A stretch of 32,000 bases of DNA from Halomicronema hongdechloris C2206 (GTDB lineage: Bacteria > Cyanobacteriota > Cyanobacteriia > Phormidesmidales > Phormidesmidaceae), in assembly GCF_002075285.3 (NCBI RefSeq), contig NZ_CP021983.2, positions 330,001 through 362,000 on the forward strand. The letters run 5' to 3'. Every line of letters starts with the position of its first letter. Position 1 is the first letter of the stretch. Below, piece by piece: positions 8,945-17,670 of this stretch. A program made the position numbers and the translations under genes. The notes beneath the pieces are model-generated. The model saw only the letters and a list, made by a program, of their open reading frames with translations, did no database searches and was not told the DNA's origin.

Positions 8945-11467
8945 CTAAGCAGAAGGCTTTGCGGCTAAGGCCGCCTTGGGATAGGCGATACGCTTGTGGT
9001 TGTATTGCTGCCACACTTGCACGAAGATGTCGGCAATGATGCGCATATGCTCCCGGGTTAAGCCTGAATCCACCAGCTGATCATCTTTCCAACGAGCTCG
9101 CAAGATTCGGTTGACCATGGTTAGAGCCTCTTCAGGCGTCGCCTCCTTCAGAGAGCGCAACGCCGCTTCGCAAGAGTCGGCCAGCATGACAATCCCCGTT
9201 TCCGGTGATTGGGGAATGGGACCGTCATAGCGGAAGTCTTCTTCCCGCACCACCAAGGTAGCGTCCTCAGCCGCCCGTTCTTTAGCCTGATGATAGAAAT
9301 AGCTGATCAGCATGGTGCCCTGGTGTTCTGGGATAAAGGCCCGCAGTGCCTTGGGCAGGCGGCACTTGCGGGCCATGACAATGCCTTCGGTGACATGCTT
9401 CTTAATGATGGTGGCACTCAGCCAGGGATCGGCAATTTGATCGTGCTTATTGGGGCCTCCCATCTGATTTTCGATGAATCCCTGGGGATCATGCATCTTG
9501 CCGATGTCGTGGTAGAGGGTGCCAGCTCGGACCAGCTCCACATTGCAGCCCAGCACCCGGGCGGCTGCCTCGGCCAGGCTGGCCACGAACATGGTGTGTT
9601 GAAATGTGCCCGGCGCTTCTGATGACAATCGCTTCAGCAAGGGGCGGTTAGGGTTGGACAACTCCGCCAGGCGAATTGGGGTGACTAAATCGAAGACATG
9701 CTCTAAGTAGGGACTGAGGCCCAGGGCTAAGATACTGGACACCAGACCATAGGCCCCCTGTAGGGCAGAGCCAGTCAGAATGCCATACCAAGCCGATGGC
9801 GACACTGGATTGACAATCAGAGTCAGGATTAGGTAGACCCCACCCTGAGTTAAGCCAATGCCACCCCCTAATAGGGCCAGCTCCTCGCGCGATCGCAACC
9901 GAGACGCCACCACACTACCGACCAGGGCACCGACCACGCTAGCTACCAGCGGCACGCTACTGACATTAGTGCCGATAGGAACCAATATTCCCAGCAGAGC
10001 GATCACTGTAGCCCCTAGGGCCGACCCATAAAAGCTACCGACCAGTAAGCCCACTGCCGGCAGGCCATAGGCGGCACTACCAAACACCAACAGCCCGGCC
10101 GTTGTCATCACCATCAGGGTGATCAACACATAATCCCGTCGCCGTAATCCCCCATGGTAGATATGCTCTACCAGCAGAAATATAGAGACTCCCCCGGCCA
10201 CCAGAACGCCATAGCCCACAAACCCAAGCCAGTTAAACCGTCGCTGACTGAGATTGAAGTGGTCCAGCAGCACGAAGTCAGCCTGGCTGATGGTTTCACC
10301 GGCAGCTACGATGACTTCACCCTGTTGTACAGAGACGGTGACCGGCTCCACCGCTTCAGCAGCTTTTTCTGCTTGCAGGCGAGTGCGCTCAGGATCCTCG
10401 ATCAGATTTGGAGTAAGCACCGACGTCAGCATCTGAGTAGCCAGGGGGGTGGCCACTGACGGCACAGTCTCCTGAAGCTGTGTCCCAATGGCATCCTTCA
10501 ATACATCGGACGGTAATCCTGGGGAAATCCCCTGGGTGATCATGCGGTCAGTGACCTGGCGTAAGCCCGTCTTGGTAGCCTGCCATTCCTCTTCGCTGAG
10601 CTGTAGCAGGCGAGGACCGAACGGCTGATCCATCTGCTCGATGTCGGTCAAGGTGCGCTGATAACGGCGGCGAACAGACTCAAGTTGATCGCCAAGGGTT
10701 GCAAATGCCACTGACGACTCTTGTTGTCGTAGGGTAATCAGCTCTCGGGCCACCTGTTTAGGTTGTGGCGATAGGCTTTGAAATTCCTCATGCTGACGCT
10801 GATTACCCTCAGATGGCGAGGATGAGCCCGGTGCCTGCTCTAGCGGCCAAGACTGCACTAAGGACCAAATTGATTGCCACTCCTCTTGGTCAGCGGATTG
10901 GATATAGCGTTGCGCCGCTGTGGATAAGCGATGGGTGGGTAGAAAGGGAAGGGTTCCGGCTTGCTGTCTCAGCCGTTCCCCTTGCTGAAGGAGCTGGTCA
11001 AGCGACTGCAGCATTGCCTCATTAACGGCTGGATCCAGCATCAGCACCCGCAGTACCCCATTCCGGGCTGCCATTTGCTGGGCCTCTGTAGACTCCGTAT
11101 CGACGACGGTGGCATCCTTGGGAGCAATGATGGTTTCCGGAGCCTGACTGTCCACCTGCAGCCCAGGTTGGTTGTAGAAGCGCTGCCCCAGTCCTGCTGT
11201 CAGGGATAACACTGCCACGGCAAAAATCAGCCGGGGTTGCTTGAGGCGACCTGACTGCCGTCTTGCCCGTCGCGGCGGTGGCGGGGAAGAGGTGTCTGAT
11301 GGACTAATGGGCACGGCAGGAGAAAACCGATGTAACATGCGGTGAGTGAAGCGAGAAGTGGCAGATCTGGACCCCAAGGACCTCCGGAATGAAACGCGGA
11401 GAGAGTTGGTAGATGGCTTCCACCGCTGTTCCACTTGGCCGATTAAGAGCCGGAGTAACTTCATCAT
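8945..11467 (-). CDS. 7TM-receptor HD-domain phosphohydrolase (7TMR-HDED / PgpH-like)
   Basis: It has a large extracytoplasmic N-domain and then about 7 TM helices. The C-terminal HD domain shows LYHDIGKMHDPQGFIENQ and HQGTMLISYFYHQA. The true start could be an internal Met (for example MLHRFSP). Confidence 0.85.
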   Translation of the reverse strand: MMKLLRLLIGQVEQRWKPSTNSLRVSFRRSLGSRSATSRFTHRMLHRFSPAVPISPSDTSSPPPPRRARRQSGRLKQPRLIFAVAVLSLTAGLGQRFYNQPGLQVDSQAPETIIAPKDATVVDTESTEAQQMAARNGVLRVLMLDPAVNEAMLQSLDQLLQQGERLRQQAGTLPFLPTHRLSTAAQRYIQSADQEEWQSIWSLVQSWPLEQAPGSSSPSEGNQRQHEEFQSLSPQPKQVARELITLRQQESSVAFATLGDQLESVRRRYQRTLTDIEQMDQPFGPRLLQLSEEEWQATKTGLRQVTDRMITQGISPGLPSDVLKDAIGTQLQETVPSVATPLATQMLTSVLTPNLIEDPERTRLQAEKAAEAVEPVTVSVQQGEVIVAAGETISQADFVLLDHFNLSQRRFNWLGFVGYGVLVAGGVSIFLLVEHIYHGGLRRRDYVLITLMVMTTAGLLVFGSAAYGLPAVGLLVGSFYGSALGATVIALLGILVPIGTNVSSVPLVASVVGALVGSVVASRLRSREELALLGGGIGLTQGGVYLILTLIVNPVSPSAWYGILTGSALQGAYGLVSSILALGLSPYLEHVFDLVTPIRLAELSNPNRPLLKRLSSEAPGTFQHTMFVASLAEAAARVLGCNVELVRAGTLYHDIGKMHDPQGFIENQMGGPNKHDQIADPWLSATIIKKHVTEGIVMARKCRLPKALRAFIPEHQGTMLISYFYHQAKERAAEDATLVVREEDFRYDGPIPQSPETGIVMLADSCEAALRSLKEATPEEALTMVNRILRARWKDDQLVDSGLTREHMRIIADIFVQVWQQYNHKRIAYPKAALAAKPSA

Positions 11468-11809
11468 GGTTGTCCAGTCTTACGTCCGTAGAGCCTGCAC
11501 CACAGAGTGGTTAGCAGTGGCAAGTTATATAGAGTGATAGCACTCCGGAGTGAAAGGATGAGAATGTAGCAGTTACCGCGGCTGACTGGTGTTCTCTGGT
11601 AGCTGGTCCTTAACACACTGAGTATCGATTAAGCAGCGCCTAGAAAACCCAGTCGAGGCTCTAACGAAACGATACCTCAGTGCAAGCTATGGACCCTGAC
11701 GGTTGCGAGGTACTTGCCTCAGTTAGAGTGCATAGGCTATAGATTGCCCCCTCGATCACCCGCTGCTAAAGTAGATTGCTCAAATTATTATAGTTCTCCT
11801 GCCTGAGAC

Positions 11810-12667
11810 TCACAGGTAGGGCATACCCATCACCGGGATGTTGCTATCGGGATCTGGGGGCAGTTGAGTCATGCGAACCCCAGCCCAACTGGCCAAGAGA
11901 GACTCTGCTAGCTGCCAAAGATCTGTTTCGCGGCATCCCCATATCCGTTGTAAAGGGCTGATGGTGGACCTAGATGATGTCATGGCTAGCCGCCAGGATA
12001 GGGGAATGATGGACAGCCCTGCGGTGGCAGTTGCCAGCAACCCGATCAACCCGCAAGTCGCGACTGTATCGTTGGCTTCTAGGCCTCGACCCATGGCCAA
12101 GCGATAGTCTCCACCACTGCTGTCCAGGTAATGCAGAGCTAGGGCTAGGGGCTGCAGCAGAGGAGAGAGCCGACAGTAGGCGGCAGAGGTCGTCAGGCAA
12201 TGGCGGAGGTCAGCGATGGGAGCACTAATAGCCACGGGGGGGGCTCGATCGAGCCCCCTAGTTATGTTGGGGACAGCAAACGCAGGGGAGGAGAGACTGG
12301 CTTGGCTTAAGTGCTGCCGCAGGTATTCGTGAACAACCCAGACAGCGGCTAAGGCTGCAGGCTCGTAGGCATGGCTTAGGGTCTGCAGCAATCGGTCGCA
12401 AGCGTGCTGAGGGTAGCGCAGTCGCCAAGGTAACAGCACTAGGGGCAGGGCTGCTGGGGGGGCAATGGCCAAGGACGTCAGCCGGGGCGTGATTTCTTGA
12501 GCTAGGGAGTGACCCAAATGCAGCATTGCTGGGGGCCAAGGCACCGCTTTCATAGGTGGAGACTGTGGTGAAGGCGGTCGGGGCTTGAGGGCATTGCTGG
12601 CGGCCAGGGTGACGGCGATGGCCATACCACTGACGAGACTGCGATAGCTATAGATGAGGGGCTGCAT
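11810..12667 (-). CDS. Hypothetical protein with a weak, degenerate ADP-ribosylglycohydrolase-like C-terminal motif
   Basis: 285-aa ORF. EANDTVATCGLIGLLATATAGLSIIPLSWR faintly resembles the GGDTDT..AI.G.L.GA..G...IP..W motif of the ARH family, but the metal-binding acidic residues are not conserved. The functional call is speculative. Confidence 0.4.
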   Translation of the reverse strand: MQPLIYSYRSLVSGMAIAVTLAASNALKPRPPSPQSPPMKAVPWPPAMLHLGHSLAQEITPRLTSLAIAPPAALPLVLLPWRLRYPQHACDRLLQTLSHAYEPAALAAVWVVHEYLRQHLSQASLSSPAFAVPNITRGLDRAPPVAISAPIADLRHCLTTSAAYCRLSPLLQPLALALHYLDSSGGDYRLAMGRGLEANDTVATCGLIGLLATATAGLSIIPLSWRLAMTSSRSTISPLQRIWGCRETDLWQLAESLLASWAGVRMTQLPPDPDSNIPVMGMPYL

Positions 12668-12784
12668 CGTGGCAGTCTACCTACTCCGAATAAACGACGG
12701 CGTGCTTAAATGGGGGGATGACGCTGGGACTGTCGGTAACTCCCTGGGCAACCCAGGCTGACCTCTAGCCGCTTTGATGTTCCT

Positions 12785-13693
12785 ATGATACGTGCCTGTT
12801 CAACTGACGTGCGATGGCCCCAAGCCGGTCGAAAGCCATCGCATCATTGCCACGCCTCCATCGATCGGCGTCAAATCTGGCCCATGCTTCTGGCTACGCT
12901 AGTTGGGGTTGCCGGTGGCGATCTATTCACGGCGCAGGCTAGCCAAGCCATAGAGATGGCACCAGCAGGTTCCGTAACTGGCGAGCCACAGCTAACTGCC
13001 CTGGGCCAAAATAAAGACCTATCACTGCGATTAGCTCGGATCACTCGGCCCACCCTACAACTTGGTAGCACTGGGGAGACGGTGCAAGAGTTGCAAACTG
13101 TTTTACTCTTTCTGGGCTACTATTCAGGTCCTGTAGATGGTCAATATCTGGATGCCACCGAAGAGGCTGTGCGTCAGTTTCAGGCGGCAGCGGGTCTGAA
13201 TCCTGACGGTGTCGTCGGTCCAGCTACTTGGAATCAGCTCTTTCCATCCCCACCCCGGCAAGCCAATCCACCTAGTACGACAACCTCAGCCTCGACTGTC
13301 CCTGAGACTAGTTCAGTGACTCCGGTAGCACCGGCAGAAGCTACCAATCCGACCGCCGCATCGGAAGCCTCATCAACTGCGGCAGAGCCTACCGTTGCCC
13401 AGACAACATCAGAGGATTCGGAAGAGGTTGCGGAACCTGCAGGGTCGGAAAAGCCGCCAGAGTCATCCGGTCAGGGTCCTGTGGAGTTGCCTGTGTTGAG
13501 ATCAGGGTTAGCTGGTCCAGCCGTTGCTCGATTGCAGGAGCGCCTTAGGGTATTGGGAGTCTATGCCGGAGTTATCGATGGCATCTTTGGTCGCCAAACC
13601 GAAGCAGCGGTTCGACAAATTCAGCGTCGCTATCAGCTACAGGTAGACGGCATTGTCGGTCCAGCGACTTGGCAAGCCCTATTAGCCAATTAA
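12785..13693 (+). CDS. Protein with two peptidoglycan-binding (PG_binding_1) domains joined by a Pro/Ser/Thr/Ala-rich linker
   Basis: Two copies of the motif are present. The first is LQLGSTGETVQELQTVLLFLGYYSGPVDGQYLDATEEAVRQFQAAAGLNPDGVVGPATWNQL. The second is LRSGLAGPAVARLQERLRVLGVYAGVIDGIFGRQTEAAVRQIQRRYQLQVDGIVGPATWQALL. The start is uncertain, with an alternative ATG at 12884. Confidence 0.8.
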   Translation: MIRACSTDVRWPQAGRKPSHHCHASIDRRQIWPMLLATLVGVAGGDLFTAQASQAIEMAPAGSVTGEPQLTALGQNKDLSLRLARITRPTLQLGSTGETVQELQTVLLFLGYYSGPVDGQYLDATEEAVRQFQAAAGLNPDGVVGPATWNQLFPSPPRQANPPSTTTSASTVPETSSVTPVAPAEATNPTAASEASSTAAEPTVAQTTSEDSEEVAEPAGSEKPPESSGQGPVELPVLRSGLAGPAVARLQERLRVLGVYAGVIDGIFGRQTEAAVRQIQRRYQLQVDGIVGPATWQALLAN

Positions 13694-13739
13694 AGTGGTT
13701 CAGGCCTGAGGGCACGATTGGAGCGGGTCGATGCTTCCT

Positions 13740-14006
13740 CTACTCAGCTTGAACCAACCAAGGCGGCACCGGATCTGCCCACTCTGTTTTGGAGGATTCG
13801 AGCTGTTGCGGGGCAGACACTCCATGTTGGACATAGAGCATATAGTTGCCCATCAAAAAATAAACGCCCATCATGGCCGCTGCCGATGACGCCACTAGGA
13901 AGCCAGCCAACATCAGAGAAAACTCCTGATCTGCAATGGCTCGCTCCATCAGGCGCAATGCCCAGGCAACTAGGGCAATGACAATGACCAAAATAAGGAG
14001 CATCAT
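13740..14006 (-). CDS. Small hypothetical membrane protein
   Basis: 88 aa with 2-3 hydrophobic helices (MMLLILVIVIALVAWAL, LMLAGFLVASSAAAMMGVYFLMG). I prefer it over the antisense ORF 13718..13981, which has no such structure. Confidence 0.4.
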   Translation of the reverse strand: MMLLILVIVIALVAWALRLMERAIADQEFSLMLAGFLVASSAAAMMGVYFLMGNYMLYVQHGVSAPQQLESSKTEWADPVPPWLVQAE

Positions 14007-14250
14007 AAAAGGATTACACTAGGTCGCTGTCGCTGTCGTTCCCTCAGCCACTTCGTCCGATGCCTCTATGGGGGAAAGCACCTAAGCTGAGGAAAGTTTA
14101 TAAAAGTCTACTTTACGTATTGTAACAGAGACTCATGAAAACGGGAGGGTATTTCTACGCGCTTTGGGCAGATTGGTCTAGCCTGCAACCCTCTTGGGAT
14201 ACAGGGATTAGTCTAGGGGGGCAGGTGGGAATCTACCCAGCCCAATTTCT

Positions 14251-15018
14251 TCAGCTCTGCCGCACCGTCACTTGATGGTGGGCTAGATAGGCTTTGATCT
14301 CACCTACCGAGAGCTGTCCGTAGTGCAGTAGGGAGGCCAGTAGAGCGGCTTCGGCCCCGCCCGCGGTCAAGGCCGCGTGAATGTGTTGGCAAGTCCCGGC
14401 GCCTCCAGAGGCAATGATTGGCACGGCTACGGCCTCGGCGATGGTGTGGGTCAGTTCTAAGTCATAGCCAGCCTGGGTACCATCGGCGTCCATACTGGTC
14501 AGCAAGATCTCCCCGGCCCCTCGTTCTACGACTTCCTGAGCCCAGGCAACGGCATCTAGGCCGGTGTTGTCGCGTCCACCCCGTACGTAAACATCCCACT
14601 CGGGGCGATCTGGAAAGCGACGGCGGGCGTCGATGGCCACAACGATGCACTGACAGCCAAACCGCTCACTAGCTTGGTTAATAAAGTCAGGATTGCGGAC
14701 GGCGGTTGAGTTAATGCTGATCTTGTCGGCCCCGGCTCTTAACAATTTTTTAATTGTTTCTAAGGATTGAATGCCCCCCCCTACGGTAAGGGGAATAAAA
14801 ACTTGTTCGGCCGTGCGATAGACCACATCGAAGATGATGTCGCGATCTTCGTGGGTGGCGGTGATGTCTAAGAAAACCAATTCATCGGCACCGGCGTCGT
14901 TGTAGGCCTGAGCTAGCTCTACTGGATCGCCCGCATCTCTGAGATTAACAAAGTTGATGCCTTTCACCACGCGACCGGCTTTGACGTCGAGACAAGGGAG
15001 AATCCGTTTTGCCAGCAT
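14251..15018 (-). CDS. hisF: Imidazole glycerol phosphate synthase, cyclase subunit
   Basis: [54 protein letters not shown] plus the downstream GGGI and SGGAG motifs. The start is placed at the ATG ending at 15018 rather than the upstream ATG at 15048. Confidence 0.95.
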   Translation of the reverse strand: MLAKRILPCLDVKAGRVVKGINFVNLRDAGDPVELAQAYNDAGADELVFLDITATHEDRDIIFDVVYRTAEQVFIPLTVGGGIQSLETIKKLLRAGADKISINSTAVRNPDFINQASERFGCQCIVVAIDARRRFPDRPEWDVYVRGGRDNTGLDAVAWAQEVVERGAGEILLTSMDADGTQAGYDLELTHTIAEAVAVPIIASGGAGTCQHIHAALTAGGAEAALLASLLHYGQLSVGEIKAYLAHHQVTVRQS

Positions 15019-15141
15019 GGGAGTCGATGTCCTGTATTGAGATCTCACTATGACTTTAAAGCAGCCTCTGAGTCAGGACGCTGATACACTGTGGAATGGT
15101 TTAACTCGTTGTAATCATTGAAGAGGAGTCCTGGGACCGGA

Positions 15142-15342
15142 ATGGGCTTAGAGATCGGACAAAAGGTAAAGGTGACACGGCTGCGGGATCGAGTGTCTAG
15201 GGATTTGGCCAATCGTTTGGGCCAAAGCGGCGTGGTTAGCCAGTATAAAATGGTTGATGGCAGCGATGTGGGCGTTGTGGTGGAGTTTCCCGATAAGTTC
15301 TCGAGCTGGTTTTTTGAGGACGAATTAAGCTCTGAGTCATAA
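15142..15342 (+). CDS. petP: PetP-like small protein (DUF2862, cytochrome b6f-associated)
   Basis: MGLEIGQKVKVTRLRDRVSRDLANRLGQSGVVSQYKMVDGSDVGVVVEFPDKFSSWFFEDEL matches my recollection of the PetP pattern (GQKV.V.RL.DRV ... DGSG.GVVV.F ... WFFEDEL). The start is taken at the internal ATG at 15142. Confidence 0.5.
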   Translation: MGLEIGQKVKVTRLRDRVSRDLANRLGQSGVVSQYKMVDGSDVGVVVEFPDKFSSWFFEDELSSES

Positions 15343-15366
15343 AGACAGCCAGATTGTAAGCGTTTC

Positions 15367-16461
15367 ATGGCATTTATTCTTACCTTTCTCGGCAAGGGCG
15401 GCAGTGGGCGTAGCACCCTTGCGATCGCAACTGCCCAGAAATTTGCCCGGCAGGGCAAGGCAGTCTTGTTAGCAACTCAGGACGCTGGACCTGTCGTGGG
15501 AACTCAGTTGGGGCAATCGCTAACCGCCACGCCCCAGTCGGTCGAAACCAACCTATGGGCCATGCAATTGCGATCGGCTACCCTGCTGGAGCAGAGTTGG
15601 GATGCTGTCAAGGCTCTAGAAGCCCAATACCTGCGCACCCCCTTTTTCAAAGAGGTCTACGGCCAGGAGCTCGGGGTCTTACCCGGCATGGACGAGGCCT
15701 TAGCCCTAGATGCTCTGCGACGCTATGATGCCAGCGGTGACTACGACGTCATTGTCTACGATGGCGCTGGGGATCAAACCACCCTGCGCATGTTTGGGTT
15801 ACCTGAGATCCTGGATTGGTATCTGCGCCGCTTTCGCCAGGTCTTCGAAGCCTCAGATTTAGGCAAAGCCTTATCGCCCTTTATTCAGCCCATCGCCAAC
15901 GCTGTCCTAGCCGGGGATTGGGCAGGGCGACTAGAACAACCCAGCCAACAGGCTGCCGATCTCTTAGGACAGGGCCGCACTGCCATCAACGATCCCACCC
16001 GGGTATTGGCTTGCCTAGTCACGACTCCCGAGGCTGCCGCCGTGGCTACGGCCCGTCACCTGTGGGGAGGGGCTCAACAAATCGGCTTGGCCGTAGGGGC
16101 GGTCTTGGTTAACCAGACTACGGCTGGAACCCTCGAACCAGAGGTCTTTGCTCCCTTGTCGAACCATGCCATCCCGGCCCTAGCTACCCAGGATTGGGCA
16201 GCCTTAATCGACGCTCTGCCTGACTTTAACCAATTGGCTCAATCAGCCCCTCGTCCTATAGTTATTGATGTCCCGGCCAGACGGGTCAGTTTGTTCTTGC
16301 CGAGTTTCGATAAGACCCAGGTGACCTTGACCCAATATGGTCCAGAGGTCACGGTAGAAGCGGGCGATCAACGGCGCAATCTGCTGCTGCCAGAAGAATT
16401 ACGAGGTCGACCGGTGCAGGGCGCTAAATTTCAAGATCGTTCCCTAGTGATTTCGTTCTAG
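15367..16461 (+). CDS. ArsA/Get3-family P-loop ATPase
   Basis: It has a deviant Walker A (FLGKGGSGRSTLAIATA) and a DTAP-like switch region (VIVYDGAGDQTTLR). The C-terminal beta-rich domain looks HSP20-like. Confidence 0.75.
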   Translation: MAFILTFLGKGGSGRSTLAIATAQKFARQGKAVLLATQDAGPVVGTQLGQSLTATPQSVETNLWAMQLRSATLLEQSWDAVKALEAQYLRTPFFKEVYGQELGVLPGMDEALALDALRRYDASGDYDVIVYDGAGDQTTLRMFGLPEILDWYLRRFRQVFEASDLGKALSPFIQPIANAVLAGDWAGRLEQPSQQAADLLGQGRTAINDPTRVLACLVTTPEAAAVATARHLWGGAQQIGLAVGAVLVNQTTAGTLEPEVFAPLSNHAIPALATQDWAALIDALPDFNQLAQSAPRPIVIDVPARRVSLFLPSFDKTQVTLTQYGPEVTVEAGDQRRNLLLPEELRGRPVQGAKFQDRSLVISF

Positions 16462-16583
16462 TGCCTACCCTTAGGGCTAACCACCAAGCCCAAAGAACTA
16501 ATCTTAGGCGATGACCAGTGCTGACGGCCATTGCTGTCATGCGTCATCATAATCCTGGTAAACCTACGTGGTGCGTTTCCGTC

Positions 16584-17579
16584 ATGGCTGACCCTCAGCT
16601 ACCCACAGATTCACAGCAGGCCGCGTCTAACCGCAGCGGCCAGACTCGCCAACTACTCGGCATGAGAGGGGCCCAAGCAGGTGAGACCTCCATCTGGAAG
16701 ATTCGTCTGCAGTTGATGAAACCCATCACCTGGATTCCTCTGATTTGGGGAGTTGTCTGTGGATCGGCTTCCTCCGGTAACTTTAGCTGGACAGTAGACA
16801 ATGTGCTGGTCGCCCTGGCCTGTATGCTGCTGTCAGGCCCGTTACTGGCAGGCTATACCCAGACCCTCAACGACTTCTACGATCGAGAGATCGATGCCAT
16901 CAATGAGCCCTACCGCCCCATCCCCTCAGGAGCGATCTCTGTCCCTCAAGTAGTCGCCCAAATCTTGATATTACTTGGTGCTGGCATCGCCCTAGCCTAT
17001 GGCCTCGATCAGTGGGCTGGCAATACATTTCCGACCATTACGGCAACTGCCGTCGGTGGCTCCCTGCTGTCATATATCTATTCGGCTCCTCCCCTGAAGC
17101 TGAAGAAAAACGGTTGGCTGGGAAACTATGCGTTGGGAGCTAGCTACATCGCTCTGCCTTGGTGGGCTGGTCATGCCCTCTTTGGCGATCTCAACCTGAC
17201 CATCATCGGGCTGACCCTGTTTTATAGCCTAGCCGGGTTGGGCATCGCCGTTGTGAATGACTTCAAGAGCGTAGAGGGTGATCGGCAGTTAGGACTGCAA
17301 TCCCTACCCGTCATGTTTGGGGTCACCGCAGCCGCCTGGATTTGCGTGCTGATGATCGATGTCTTTCAGGGGGGAATCGCCGCCTATCTGATCGGAGTGC
17401 ACCAGAATGCCTATGCTGTGCTCCTGATTCTGCTAATCATTCCCCAAATCACCTTTCAAGACATGTACTTTCTCAGGGCTCCCCTAGAGAATGATGTGAA
17501 ATATCAAGCCAGTGCCCAACCATTTCTGGTGTTGGGCATGTTGGTTACGGCCCTGGCCCTAGGAAATGCTGGTGTTTGA
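16584..17579 (+). CDS. chlG: Chlorophyll synthase
   Basis: UbiA-family prenyltransferase with WKIRLQLMKPITWIPLIWGVVCG and the NDFYDREIDAINEPYRPIPSGAIS motif typical of ChlG. The start is placed at the ATG at 16584. Confidence 0.92.
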   Translation: MADPQLPTDSQQAASNRSGQTRQLLGMRGAQAGETSIWKIRLQLMKPITWIPLIWGVVCGSASSGNFSWTVDNVLVALACMLLSGPLLAGYTQTLNDFYDREIDAINEPYRPIPSGAISVPQVVAQILILLGAGIALAYGLDQWAGNTFPTITATAVGGSLLSYIYSAPPLKLKKNGWLGNYALGASYIALPWWAGHALFGDLNLTIIGLTLFYSLAGLGIAVVNDFKSVEGDRQLGLQSLPVMFGVTAAAWICVLMIDVFQGGIAAYLIGVHQNAYAVLLILLIIPQITFQDMYFLRAPLENDVKYQASAQPFLVLGMLVTALALGNAGV

Positions 17580-17670
17580 TTCTAGAGACCCCATCGAGAT
17601 AGACTCCTCGATGCAGTGGTGCGACGATGATGACCGTGATACTTGGGGTTATGGGGACCTTGGATAGCTT

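Noticed and set aside
13718-13981. 87-aa plus-strand ORF
   Set aside because: It is antisense to ORF 13740..14006, which has clear transmembrane helices. The plus-strand product is Pro/Ser/Thr-rich with no structure. Only one of the two can be real, and even the minus-strand call has low confidence.
17592-17613. Hairpin CATCGAG-N8-CTCGATG after chlG, and a similar CCAGACT/AGTCTGG hairpin at 27393..27408 after mrdA
   Set aside because: Both are short stems with no following T-tract. They may be terminators but cannot be supported beyond chance from the sequence alone.
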